A stretch of 32,000 nucleotides of DNA from Mycobacterium tuberculosis H37Rv (GTDB lineage: Bacteria > Actinomycetota > Actinomycetes > Mycobacteriales > Mycobacteriaceae): contig NC_000962.3 in the NCBI RefSeq assembly GCF_000195955.2, positions 990,001 to 1,022,000 on the forward strand. The letters are read 5' to 3'. Position numbers and translations under genes: made by a program. Under the pieces are notes generated by a model that saw nothing but the letters and a program-made list of their open reading frames with translations, was not told where the DNA came from and ran no database searches. Positions 1-10,832 of the stretch are shown here, in pieces. Numbering within the stretch: the stretch's first letter is position 1; each line of letters starts with the position of its first letter.

Positions 1-2596
1 GCAAGCCAAGTTTGGCGTAGACGTGGGTGAGGTGGGTTTGCACAGTGCGCGGCGAGACGAAAAGCCGTTTTGCAATGTCCTTGTTGGATAACCCCTCGCT
101 GACCAACCGCACGACGTCGCGTTCGGTCGGGGTCAACGAGCCCCACCCGCGGGCCGGTCGCTTGCGTTCACCGCGACCGCGTTGTGCATATGCGATCGCC
201 TCGTCGGTGGACAAGGCGGCCCCCTCGGCCCAGGCGCGGTCGAAATCCTCATCACCCATCGCCTCACGAAGCGCCGTCACCGAGGCCTGGTAGCCGGCAT
301 CCCAAATCTTGAAGCGGACCTGACGTGTCTGTTGCCGAAGGGCGGCTGCGGCACCGAGAAGGCGGACACCTTCGGAGTGACTGCCGACCTCGCCGGCCAG
401 GCCGGCGAGGAGTTCCATGGCATCTGGCATGCCCTGGTAGATGTGCAGCTCGGCGCCGCACGCCAGCGCAGCATGAGCATCATCGCGCGCCAGTTCTGGT
501 TCGCCCCGTGCGGTGGCTACGCGCGCGCGTATTGTCAACGCCACCATTCGGTGCCACCCATTGGTCGCATCGACGGCGTCGTTGGCGAACTGTCGTGCGG
601 CGATCGCATCACCTCCTGCCAGGGCTAACTGCGCCATCAGGACCTGGTGCATGGTCACCTGGTCGGGCTGGGCCCTAAGAATCGGCCGCGCCGCGTCGCT
701 GGCCTCGAGCGCTGCCGTGACATCACCGGCGGCCAGCGCGGCGTACGTCATCGCCGCATAACCAATGCCTTGGTACACACCGCCTAACTCCGTCGCGGCT
801 GCAATGCACGCCCCGGCTATGGCGTGGGCCGCGCTGGCGCCGCAATACGCCAGCACCTGGGCTTGGGTATATAGGCCGAGAACCTTTGTCGGCACATCGT
901 TGGATGCCTCGGCCTCGGCAGTGATTTCCCTGGATAGCTCGAGGGCTTCGGTCAGATTGCCAGCCCACATCTGCGCCAAACTAAGCCACAAGCTGCAGTG
1001 ACGTGAGACGAACCGGTCGCCGATGGTGTCGGCCAGGTCGCGGCATTCTTCTGCCGCGGCTCGCAAAGCATTCGGGTCACCTGATATGCAGGTCCCCACC
1101 CCCCGCCAGTAGAGGATTTGACACAGCGTCCATTTGTCGTCAATAGCGCGTGCCAGGTCGGTCGCTTCGGCGAAATAGGGCGCAGCGGCCTCCGCGTTGT
1201 AGCCACTGCTACAGCCGCAGGCGGTGAGCGCCCGCACCAACGCGGCGGGGTCGCCCACCTCACGTGCCATCGCCAGCGCTTGTTGTGCGGGAGCGATGAT
1301 GTCGGTGGCGCCTACCGGACTGGTGGCCAGCCAGGTACTGAGCATTGCCTTGTCAGCGAGCGCTCGCGCCCGTACTGCTGTTGACACAGCGAGCCGGTGG
1401 AACCTTTGGTCTTCCAGGATCGAGTTGAACCAGGACAACCCCTCGCGCAGGTGCGCCCGCCCGAACCAGATTGGTTGCAGCGAAGATGCGAGCTGTAACG
1501 CTTCGGTGATATGGCCATTTTCCCGGCTCCAGGCGAACGCGGCGCGCAGGTTGTCGATCTCGGTCTCAGCCCGGGCGACAAGCCGTTGGTGATCGTTGTC
1601 CGCAGGAGTGTTGAGTGAGGCGGCCAGCGCCGTGTAGTAGTCACGGTGACGTGCGTGCACATCGGCCTCGCCGGAGTCGCCCAGTTTTTCCAGCGCGTAC
1701 CGACGCACCGTTTCCAGCAGCCGGTACCGCGTGCGGCCCTGGCAGTCGTCGGCCACCACCAGCGACTTGTCTACCAGCAGGGTCAGCTGATCAAGCACCG
1801 AAAACGGATCCAGGTCGCTACCGGCGGCGACCGCCCGCACCGCGGCGAGGTCGAACCCGCCGACAAATGGCGCCAGTCGCCGAAACAAGATTTGCTCGGT
1901 CTCGGTCAGCAGTGCATGCGACCAATCGATCGAGGCGCGAAGTGTCTGCTGGCGCTGCACCGCGCCCCGCACACCGCCGGCCAACAGCCGGAAACAGTCG
2001 TCCAGACCGTCGGCAATCTCGAGCGGTGACATCGACCGCACCCGTGCGGCAGCGAACTCGATCGCCAGCGGTATGCCGTCTAGCCGCCGGCAGATCTCGC
2101 CGACGGCCGCGGCGTTGTGATTGGCGATGGTGAACCCGGGCTGAACTCGGCTGGCTCGGTCAGCAAACAATTCGACTGCTTCGTCGGTTATCGACATCGA
2201 CGGTACGCGCCAGGTGATCTCGCCGGCCATCCCGATCGGCTCCCGGCTAGTCGCTAAGATCGTCAGCTCCGGACAGGCCCCCAATAGCTCAACGACCAAC
2301 GCTGCGCACGCATCGAGAAGATGTTCACAGTTGTCCAACACCATGAGCATGCGGCGATTGCCGATGAATCGGCGAAGACTATCCATGGTTGAACGGCCCG
2401 GCTGATCGGGCAGACCCACGGCGCGCGCAGCCGTGGCTGCGACGATCCCGGATTCAGTGATCGGGGCCAGATCGACAAAGCACAAACCGTCGCGAAGTTC
2501 GGATGCACTCGCGATCTGGATTGCCAGACGGGTCTTGCCGACACCGCCGGTTCCGCATAGCGTCACGAGCCGGTTCTGCGCCAACAGTGCCCGCAC
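1..2596 (-). CDS. LuxR-family regulator with STAND/AAA-type ATPase domain, 3' end outside window (Rv0890c-like)
   Basis: Reverse-strand reading starts GTG at 2596: VRALLAQNRLVTLCGTGGVGKTRLAIQIASA... (Walker A GTGGVGKT), then LMVLDNCEHLLDACAALVVELL, ICRRLDGIPLAIELAAARV. C-terminal part near the left edge reads LTPTERDVVRLVSEGLSNKDIAKRLFVSPRTVQTHLTHVYAKLGL, a LuxR HTH. The frame is open to the window edge, so it is absent from the ORF track. Confidence 0.92.
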   Translation of the reverse strand, partial: MRALLAQNRLVTLCGTGGVGKTRLAIQIASASELRDGLCFVDLAPITESGIVAATAARAVGLPDQPGRSTMDSLRRFIGNRRMLMVLDNCEHLLDACAALVVELLGACPELTILATSREPIGMAGEITWRVPSMSITDEAVELFADRASRVQPGFTIANHNAAAVGEICRRLDGIPLAIEFAAARVRSMSPLEIADGLDDCFRLLAGGVRGAVQRQQTLRASIDWSHALLTETEQILFRRLAPFVGGFDLAAVRAVAAGSDLDPFSVLDQLTLLVDKSLVVADDCQGRTRYRLLETVRRYALEKLGDSGEADVHARHRDYYTALAASLNTPADNDHQRLVARAETEIDNLRAAFAWSRENGHITEALQLASSLQPIWFGRAHLREGLSWFNSILEDQRFHRLAVSTAVRARALADKAMLSTWLATSPVGATDIIAPAQQALAMAREVGDPAALVRALTACGCSSGYNAEAAAPYFAEATDLARAIDDKWTLCQILYWRGVGTCISGDPNALRAAAEECRDLADTIGDRFVSRHCSLWLSLAQMWAGNLTEALELSREITAEAEASNDVPTKVLGLYTQAQVLAYCGASAAHAIAGACIAAATELGGVYQGIGYAAMTYAALAAGDVTAALEASDAARPILRAQPDQVTMHQVLMAQLALAGGDAIAARQFANDAVDATNGWHRMVALTIRARVATARGEPELARDDAHAALACGAELHIYQGMPDAMELLAGLAGEVGSHSEGVRLLGAAAALRQQTRQVRFKIWDAGYQASVTALREAMGDEDFDRAWAEGAALSTDEAIAYAQRGRGERKRPARGWGSLTPTERDVVRLVSEGLSNKDIAKRLFVSPRTVQTHLTHVYAKLGL

Positions 2597-2597
2597 C

Positions 2598-3455
2598 TCA
2601 GCTTATTTGCGCACGGCGGCCCACAAATGTGGTGAACTGCGCCGGGAGAATCGATGTCGGGCTGGATTTGGCCGTGCGCAGTGGGGGAAACTTTTCGCGA
2701 ATGTCGGGGTGGCACAACTGCATGACCCATTCGGGACGAGGTAGACCGCGCAGCGGGTGGCGGCCGAGATCGACAAGCCATGCATCGGCTGGGAGCCGGC
2801 CAGTCACTAAATCACCTGTCGCAGCTGACAGGACAACCTGACCCCCGTGTGCCAAATCGCGGAGACGCGCCGTCCGGTTGATAGTGGGGCCGACATAGAG
2901 TTCGTCGCGCAACTGTACCTCGCCTGTATGAAGACCTATACGTAGTCGGATCGGCGCGAGCGAGGTCCGCTGCAGATCCAGCGCGCATGCAGCGGCATCG
3001 CTAGCGCGAGTGAAAGCCGCAACGAAGCTATCACCCTCGTACCGTTTGACCGGCTGCACCCCACCGTGATTCGTGATAGCTTCCGACACAGTGTGATCCA
3101 AGTGCGCGATGGCGGTCGCCATGTCCTCTGGGCACATTTGCCATAGGTGGGTCGATTCCTCGACGTCGGCTAAGAGCAATGTCACCGTGCCCGTCGGCGG
3201 CAATCTGCTCACGTCTAATCCCTGGTTGGCTATAAGGACGCGTCTGCGTGGGGGAACGAACTCACATCGGCCAACATCTGGTGGAGCCGCATAGCAGCGG
3301 AGCGAATGGTACCGGAGATCCAGCGATCCTAGCGCAGATATACGAACCCTGGCGACGCACTTTGCGCATGTTGGCGGATGATCTTCGCCCCGCAGGATCG
3401 CATGGTCGATGTCGATGTTGGGAGGAAGGCTGTTATGAACTGCGTTGAAGAGCAC
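2598..3455 (-). CDS. Class III adenylate/guanylate cyclase-domain protein (Rv0891c-like), 285 aa, GTG start
   Basis: PPTGTVTLLLADVEESTHLW ... HGGVQPVKRYEGDSFVAAF ... IRLRIGLHTGEVQLRDELYVGPTINRTARLRDLAHGGQVVLS are class III cyclase motifs. Ends FVGRRAQIS*, the linker that precedes the P-loop ATPase in fused paralogues. Confidence 0.9.
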   Translation of the reverse strand: MLFNAVHNSLPPNIDIDHAILRGEDHPPTCAKCVARVRISALGSLDLRYHSLRCYAAPPDVGRCEFVPPRRRVLIANQGLDVSRLPPTGTVTLLLADVEESTHLWQMCPEDMATAIAHLDHTVSEAITNHGGVQPVKRYEGDSFVAAFTRASDAAACALDLQRTSLAPIRLRIGLHTGEVQLRDELYVGPTINRTARLRDLAHGGQVVLSAATGDLVTGRLPADAWLVDLGRHPLRGLPRPEWVMQLCHPDIREKFPPLRTAKSSPTSILPAQFTTFVGRRAQIS

Positions 3456-3852
3456 GATACGTGTCTGACCACTGCTATCACGTCATCGCAACACCTTCGC
3501 GGCGCCGCGAAGCCAATAAGCACACTACAGTTCGGGGAAGACACCTGGCCCATCCTCGAAACAGGCCTCTCGCAGCGATGTTCATTACCGCCCAAAGAGA
3601 TTGTCTTCGGCGCTGCACGGTGGGCGCTCGCGGCGGCCCGCGGGATGCTACCGCGGCCCACGACCGACAGCCCACCGCAGCGTCAGCGCTACCCGAAGCG
3701 CTACCGATTCCTGGAGCACTCCTGCCTAGAACGCGAGATGCGTCGACTATAGAACAGCGTCGCGTGTTTGTCTCGGTAGCTGCTCTGTATAGTATGCGTT
3801 GCTTAACCGCATGTGGGAGGGTGATTTTGGGCTGTTCTGGGGGGTCGGAGCG

Positions 3853-5340
3853 ATGACCGGGCGATGTCCGACGGTTGCCGTGGTCGGAGCGGGTATGTCC
3901 GGAATGTGCGTCGCAATTACGTTGCTGAGCGCAGGGATTACTGATGTCTGCATCTATGAAAAGGCCGACGATGTTGGCGGAACGTGGCGCGATAACACCT
4001 ATCCAGGTCTGACATGTGATGTGCCGTCCCGGCTCTATCAGTACAGCTTTGCCAAGAATCCGAACTGGACCCAGATGTTTTCACGCGGAGGCGAAATCCA
4101 AGATTACTTGCGTGGGATCGCCGAGCGCTACGGGCTGAGGCACCGGATTCGGTTTGGCGCCACGGTTGTCAGCGCCCGATTCGACGACGGCCGGTGGGTG
4201 TTGCGCACCGATTCCGGAACGGAGTCGACAGTAGACTTCTTGATTTCGGCCACCGGCGTTTTACATCATCCCCGAATACCGCCGATCGCTGGTTTGGACG
4301 ACTTCAGGGGGACGGTGTTTCACTCGGCTCGCTGGGATCACACGGTTCCGCTGCTGGGACGCCGAATCGCGGTGATCGGTACCGGGTCCACGGGCGTACA
4401 ACTCGTCTGCGGCCTGGCTGGGGTCGCGGGTAAAGTCACCATGTTCCAGCGCACCGCACAATGGGTGCTGCCGTGGCCTAACCCTCGATACTCGAAGCTG
4501 GCGCGTGTTTTCCACCGCGCTTTTCCGTGTCTGGGTTCGCTGGCCTATAAGGCATATAGCCTTTCCTTCGAAACGTTCGCGGTTGCGCTCAGCAATCCAG
4601 GTTTGCACCGAAAGCTGGTAGGGGCCGTGTGTCGCGCCAGCTTACGTCGGGTGCGTGACCCCCGACTGCGTCGGGCACTGACGCCTGATTACGAGCCGAT
4701 GTGCAAACGGCTAGTGATGTCCGGCGGATTCTATCGGGCGATTCAGCGTGACGACGTCGAATTAGTCACCGCCGGTATCGATCACGTCGAACATCGGGGC
4801 ATCGTCACCGATGATGGTGTGTTGCACGAGGTGGACGTCATCGTGCTTGCCACGGGGTTTGACTCTCATGCATTTTTCCGGCCGATGCAGCTGACCGGTC
4901 GCGACGGCATCAGGATCGACGATGTGTGGCAAGACGGTCCGCATGCTCATCAAACCGTCGCAATACCTGGATTTCCGAACTTCTTTATGATGTTGGGGCC
5001 ACACAGCCCAGTGGGAAACTTCCCGCTGACAGCGGTCGCCGAATCTCAGGCTGAACACATAGTGCAGTGGATAAAGCGATGGCGCCATGGTGAATTCGAC
5101 ACCATGGAACCGAAGTCAGCTGCTACCGAAGCATATAACACGGTGTTGCGGGCCGCGATGCCGAACACCGTCTGGACCACCGGCTGCGACAGCTGGTACC
5201 TGAACAAAGACGGTATTCCTGAGGTTTGGCCATTTGCACCGGCCAAACACCGCGCCATGCTCGCTAACCTACATCCCGAAGAATACGACCTGCGACGCTA
5301 TGCTGCGGTGCGCGCAACTAGTCGGCCTCAAAGCGCTTGA
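3853..5340 (+). CDS. FAD-dependent (Baeyer-Villiger-type) monooxygenase, 495 aa
   Basis: N-terminal GAGMSG dinucleotide fold, [12 protein letters not shown] (FxGxxxHxxxW motif) followed by [16 protein letters not shown] at 3853 gives the 495 aa form; the track ORF extends to 3799. Confidence 0.9.
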   Translation: MTGRCPTVAVVGAGMSGMCVAITLLSAGITDVCIYEKADDVGGTWRDNTYPGLTCDVPSRLYQYSFAKNPNWTQMFSRGGEIQDYLRGIAERYGLRHRIRFGATVVSARFDDGRWVLRTDSGTESTVDFLISATGVLHHPRIPPIAGLDDFRGTVFHSARWDHTVPLLGRRIAVIGTGSTGVQLVCGLAGVAGKVTMFQRTAQWVLPWPNPRYSKLARVFHRAFPCLGSLAYKAYSLSFETFAVALSNPGLHRKLVGAVCRASLRRVRDPRLRRALTPDYEPMCKRLVMSGGFYRAIQRDDVELVTAGIDHVEHRGIVTDDGVLHEVDVIVLATGFDSHAFFRPMQLTGRDGIRIDDVWQDGPHAHQTVAIPGFPNFFMMLGPHSPVGNFPLTAVAESQAEHIVQWIKRWRHGEFDTMEPKSAATEAYNTVLRAAMPNTVWTTGCDSWYLNKDGIPEVWPFAPAKHRAMLANLHPEEYDLRRYAAVRATSRPQSA

Positions 5341-6295
5341 AGCCTATCGAGGTGCTGGACGGTGACGTTCGCGCGGGATCGGCCACTAATCCCGTTCTGA
5401 CGGCGCTGACAAAGGTTATAGCGGTGACCATTGGCGCAGCTTCGGTATCGGCTTCGGGCACCGCTCGGCCGACGCGGCGCAGATACTCGGCCAATGGAGT
5501 AGCGGTCGCGCGCCAGCCTCGCTCATCGAACCATTCCGTGGCCCGCGCCCACCGCTCGTTGTAGACCATTTGAAAGAACCTGCGCGGGTCGCCTTGGGCG
5601 TTCGCGGCGCGTTCTCGTTCGAGCTTCGCTGCGAATTCGCAAGGGTCCAGTGGAGTTGCTTCCTCGACAGCAACGTGGCTACCGGGGCTAGCCAAGGTGT
5701 CGATGCCGATAAACAGGCGCTGCTGGGCCTCGGCCGAGAGATAGACCAGCAGGCCCTCGGCGATCCAAGCCGACGGCCGGTTGGCATCAAATCCGTTGTT
5801 ACACAAGGCTATCTGCCACTCATCGCGCAGATCGACAGCAACCGACCGACGTTGGGCTCGCGGCCGTATGTGATAGTCGGCGAGCACCGCGTTCTTGAAG
5901 TCGAGGACCTGAGGTCGATCCAACTCGAAGATTGTTGTCCCGATTGGCCATTGCAATCGGAATGCACGGGAATCCAATCCTGCAGCCAAGATGACCACCT
6001 GCTTCATGCCGGCGGCCGTTGCCCGGGAGAAATACTCGTCGAAATACCTGGTGCGGGCACCTTGGAAGTTGACGAAATGCTCACCGAAGTCCCCGGTTGT
6101 CAGATAGTGATCGGGCAGCTTGCCGTCCAATACGTCGGCCCATTCACCACCTGCGGCACGGCAGAAAACCTCGGCATAGGGATCGATGGCCAGCGGATCG
6201 GCCTTCTGCGTCTCCAATGCTCTTGCGGCGGCTACCAATAGTCCTGTCGAACCAACACTCGTGGTGACATCCCAGCTATCGTCCTCGGTCCGCAT
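5318..6295 (-). CDS. Putative S-adenosylmethionine-dependent methyltransferase, 325 aa
   Basis: [30 protein letters not shown]...ADPYAE-type N-terminus, [37 protein letters not shown]; matches the mycobacterial Leu carboxyl methyltransferase-like family. Overlaps the convergent monooxygenase end by 23 bp. Confidence 0.9.
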   Translation of the reverse strand: MRTEDDSWDVTTSVGSTGLLVAAARALETQKADPLAIDPYAEVFCRAAGGEWADVLDGKLPDHYLTTGDFGEHFVNFQGARTRYFDEYFSRATAAGMKQVVILAAGLDSRAFRLQWPIGTTIFELDRPQVLDFKNAVLADYHIRPRAQRRSVAVDLRDEWQIALCNNGFDANRPSAWIAEGLLVYLSAEAQQRLFIGIDTLASPGSHVAVEEATPLDPCEFAAKLERERAANAQGDPRRFFQMVYNERWARATEWFDERGWRATATPLAEYLRRVGRAVPEADTEAAPMVTAITFVSAVRTGLVADPARTSPSSTSIGFKRFEAD

Positions 6296-6523
6296 TCATC
6301 GAACTCTAGTTGCTCCAGTCCGCCCACCGCTGTCGGTATCCCAGCGCAGTCGGCCGTGCACACATATCTGCGCGGTGGACTTGGTACTTCTACGCGCATT
6401 CGCCGATGTTTTGCGATCCGCGGCGGGTCTATGGTGCCATTTATGTGCCAGGATCGGTCTTCAATAACAACGTCGCGAAGCGAGGGGTCGTGACGTGAGA
6501 GGGCTCGCTTATGCCGGCGGTGG

Positions 6524-7705
6524 ATGCCCAGTAGGGCGACGGTCCAGGAATTCTCAGACAGTTATCCGTTCTGCCACAATGGATTCCGGCCGATCATGAT
6601 GCCAAAGATCGTCTCCGTCCAACATTCCACTCGCCGCCACTTGACGAGCTTTGTCGGTCGCAAGGCTGAGCTGAACGACGTGCGGCGGCTCCTGTCCGAC
6701 AAACGACTGGTGACGCTTACCGGTCCGGATGGGATGGGGAAATCCCGTCTCGCGCTGCAGATCGGCGCCCAGATTGCACACGAATTCACTTATGGCCGTT
6801 GGGATTGCGACTTGGCTACGGTCACTGACCGAGACTGCGTGTCCATCTCGATGCTGAATGCCTTGGGCTTGCCTGTCCAGCCGGGTTTGTCTGCGATCGA
6901 CACGCTCGTCGGTGTCATCAATGATGCTCGGGTGCTGCTGGTGTTGGACCATTGTGAGCATTTGCTGGACGCGTGTGCCGCAATAATTGATTCGCTGTTA
7001 CGTTCCTGTCCGAGATTGACGATCCTGACGACAAGTACCGAAGCGATCGGGTTGGCGGGCGAGCTGACCTGGCGGGTGCCCCCGTTGTCGCTGACCAACG
7101 ATGCCATCGAGCTGTTTGTCGACCGGGCACGCCGAGTGCGGTCGGATTTTGCGATTAATGCCGATACCGCGGTGACGGTCGGGGAAATCTGCCGACGCTT
7201 GGACGGTGTGCCACTGGCGATCGAGCTGGCCGCGGCGCGAACGGACACCTTGTCGCCGGTGGAGATCCTTGCTGGTCTAAATGACCGATTCCGGCTGGTG
7301 GCCGGTGCTGCGGGCAACGCGGTGCGCCCCGAACAGACGCTGTGTGCCACGGTGCAATGGTCGCATGCTCTGTTGAGTGGACCTGAGCGTGCGTTGTTGC
7401 ACCGGTTGGCAGTCTTCGCCGGCGGGTTCGACCTTGACGGCGCCCAGGCGGTCGGTGCCAATGACGAGGACTTCGAGGGCTACCAGACACTCGGCCGGTT
7501 TGCCGAGTTGGTGGACAAGGCATTTGTCGTCGTCGAAAACAACAGGGGCCGAGCGGGATACCGGTTGCTGTATTCGGTGCGTCAGTACGCGTTGGAGAAG
7601 CTCAGTGAGTCGGGAGAGGCCGACGCCGTGCTTGCGCGTTACCGCAAGCACCTCAAACAACCCAACCAGGTAGTGCGTGCTGGGTCAGGCGGGGTTCGGT
7701 ACTGA
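6524..7705 (+). CDS. Truncated STAND/LuxR-type regulator fragment containing only the ATPase region (Rv0894-like), 393 aa
   Basis: FVGRKAELNDVRRLLSDKRLVTLTGPDGMGKSRLA, VLLVLDHCEHLLDACAAIIDSLL, ICRRLDGVPLAIELAAAR. No cyclase domain before FVGR and no LuxR HTH after YALEKL. Confidence 0.8.
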   Translation: MPSRATVQEFSDSYPFCHNGFRPIMMPKIVSVQHSTRRHLTSFVGRKAELNDVRRLLSDKRLVTLTGPDGMGKSRLALQIGAQIAHEFTYGRWDCDLATVTDRDCVSISMLNALGLPVQPGLSAIDTLVGVINDARVLLVLDHCEHLLDACAAIIDSLLRSCPRLTILTTSTEAIGLAGELTWRVPPLSLTNDAIELFVDRARRVRSDFAINADTAVTVGEICRRLDGVPLAIELAAARTDTLSPVEILAGLNDRFRLVAGAAGNAVRPEQTLCATVQWSHALLSGPERALLHRLAVFAGGFDLDGAQAVGANDEDFEGYQTLGRFAELVDKAFVVVENNRGRAGYRLLYSVRQYALEKLSESGEADAVLARYRKHLKQPNQVVRAGSGGVRY

Positions 7706-7781
7706 TGCGTGAACGTAGCTTAACCGTCGGTGGGAATTGACCGCGCCACCCATAGCAGTCGAGAGGAACACCCGCAGCAAA

Positions 7782-9299
7782 GTGCGCCAACAACAGGAGG
7801 CTGACGTCGTTGCCCTGGGTCGAAAGCCAGGGCTGCTATGTGTGCCGGAAAGGTTCCGTGCAATGGATCTTCCGATGGCAGCCGCCGATGCCTTATTCCT
7901 ATGGGCCGAGACGCCGACGCGGCCGCTGCATGTCGGCGCGTTGGCCGTGCTGAGTCAGCCCGACAACGGGACCGGGCGTTACCTGCGCAAGGTGTTCTCC
8001 GCCGCGGTGGCCCGTCAGCAGGTGGCGCCGTGGTGGCGCCGACGCCCGCACCGGTCGCTCACCTCGCTCGGGCAGTGGTCTTGGCGCACCGAGACCGAGG
8101 TGGACCTGGATTACCACGTGCGGCTTAGCGCATTGCCGCCACGGGCCGGTACCGCCGAGCTGTGGGCGTTGGTTTCTGAACTACACGCCGGCATGCTGGA
8201 CCGCTCCCGCCCGCTATGGCAGGTGGACCTGATCGAGGGTCTACCTGGCGGGCGGTGCGCGGTCTACGTCAAGGTCCACCATGCGCTGGCGGACGGAGTC
8301 TCGGTGATGCGGCTTTTACAACGGATCGTCACCGCGGACCCGCATCAGCGTCAGATGCCCACCTTGTGGGAGGTGCCAGCGCAGGCGTCGGTGGCCAAAC
8401 ACACGGCACCGCGCGGTTCGTCGAGACCACTGACGTTGGCCAAGGGGGTGCTGGGTCAAGCCAGGGGCGTCCCGGGCATGGTGCGCGTAGTGGCCGATAC
8501 CACGTGGCGGGCAGCGCAATGTCGCAGCGGGCCGCTGACACTGGCCGCACCACACACCCCGCTGAACGAGCCGATCGCCGGGGCCCGGTCCGTGGCAGGT
8601 TGTTCCTTTCCGATCGAGCGGCTGCGACAGGTCGCCGAACACGCCGATGCCACCATCAACGATGTCGTGCTGGCCATGTGCGGCGGGGCGTTACGTGCGT
8701 ACCTGATCAGCCGGGGAGCGTTACCGGGTGCGCCGCTGATAGCGATGGTGCCGGTTTCGCTGCGCGATACCGCAGTTATCGACGTGTTCGGCCAGGGTCC
8801 AGGCAACAAGATCGGTACGTTGATGTGTTCGCTGGCGACGCACCTGGCCAGTCCGGTCGAACGGCTGTCGGCGATACGGGCAAGTATGCGCGACGGCAAA
8901 GCCGCGATCGCCGGCCGAAGCCGAAACCAGGCGCTGGCTATGAGCGCATTGGGCGCCGCCCCGCTCGCCCTTGCGATGGCCCTGGGGCGCGTGCCCGCGC
9001 CGCTGCGCCCACCAAATGTGACGATCTCCAACGTGCCGGGCCCGCAGGGCGCGCTGTACTGGAACGGCGCTCGCCTGGACGCGCTCTACCTGCTCTCGGC
9101 ACCTGTCGATGGCGCGGCGTTGAACATCACCTGTAGCGGCACCAATGAGCAGATCACTTTCGGTTTGACGGGCTGCCGTCGTGCCGTCCCCGCGCTGAGC
9201 ATCCTGACCGACCAGCTCGCCCACGAACTCGAGCTACTCGTTGGCGTCAGTGAAGCCGGCCCAGGGACCAGACTTCGAAGGATCGCAGGGCGCCGTTAA
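7782..9299 (+). CDS. WS/DGAT family acyltransferase (triacylglycerol synthase-like), 505 aa
   Basis: YVKVHHALADGVSVMRLL contains the HHxxxDG catalytic motif; VPVSLRD and NVTISNVPGP family motifs. GTG at 7782 gives 505 aa. Confidence 0.9.
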   Translation: MRQQQEADVVALGRKPGLLCVPERFRAMDLPMAAADALFLWAETPTRPLHVGALAVLSQPDNGTGRYLRKVFSAAVARQQVAPWWRRRPHRSLTSLGQWSWRTETEVDLDYHVRLSALPPRAGTAELWALVSELHAGMLDRSRPLWQVDLIEGLPGGRCAVYVKVHHALADGVSVMRLLQRIVTADPHQRQMPTLWEVPAQASVAKHTAPRGSSRPLTLAKGVLGQARGVPGMVRVVADTTWRAAQCRSGPLTLAAPHTPLNEPIAGARSVAGCSFPIERLRQVAEHADATINDVVLAMCGGALRAYLISRGALPGAPLIAMVPVSLRDTAVIDVFGQGPGNKIGTLMCSLATHLASPVERLSAIRASMRDGKAAIAGRSRNQALAMSALGAAPLALAMALGRVPAPLRPPNVTISNVPGPQGALYWNGARLDALYLLSAPVDGAALNITCSGTNEQITFGLTGCRRAVPALSILTDQLAHELELLVGVSEAGPGTRLRRIAGRR

Positions 9300-9420
9300 A
9301 CGGACGCCGCGAGTCATCACCCGGCCGAGCGCGCAGCGGCTTACCTTACGCGCGGCCGCCCATGGTGCCAGAGACCCCACCCCGGGCAGGCGGGTCATCC
9401 CGATAGCGACTACCTTCAGC

Positions 9421-9426
9421 TATAAG
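9421..9426 (+). promoter_or_regulatory. Possible -10 element TATAAG upstream of gltA2
   Basis: CAGC-TATAAG-CACTTAG about 45 bp before the GTG at 9472. No convincing -35 seen. Confidence 0.3.
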
Positions 9427-9471
9427 CACTTAGTGGGGCAGCCATATCAGCCAAAGCGCGAAGGGGTTCTC

Positions 9472-10767
<1,296 letters not shown>

Positions 10768-10770
10768 GCC

Positions 10771-10832
10771 GGCGAGCAGACGCAAAAGCCCCCTAAACCG
10801 GCAGGTATTAGGGGCTTTTGCGTCTGCTCGCC
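10771..10832. terminator. Large hairpin between convergent gltA2 and oxidoreductase genes, likely bidirectional terminator (TRIT-like)
   Basis: Perfect 22-bp arms GGCGAGCAGACGCAAAAGCCCC (10771-10792) and GGGGCTTTTGCGTCTGCTCGCC (10811-10832), 18-nt loop region. Confidence 0.85.

Noticed and set aside
723-1384. Several 78-122 aa plus and minus ORFs in the first 2.6 kb
   Set aside because: They lie over the Rv0890c-like coding frame, which has clear STAND/LuxR homology; low-complexity Arg/Ala/Pro composition is typical of shadow frames in high-GC DNA.
3788-3793. TATAGT upstream of the monooxygenase as a -10 box
   Set aside because: Plausible hexamer but no clear -35 or TSS evidence; too weak to list as a feature.
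3329-3856. Overlapping ORFs (110, 124, 131 aa) in the divergent intergenic region
   Set aside because: Composition is Arg/Pro/Ala-rich without recognisable motifs; no supported coding call. The real divergent starts are at 3455 (-) and 3853 (+).
8216-9136. 306-aa plus ORF overlapping the acyltransferase
   Set aside because: Gly/Arg-rich shadow frame inside a gene carrying HHxxxDG and family-wide motifs.
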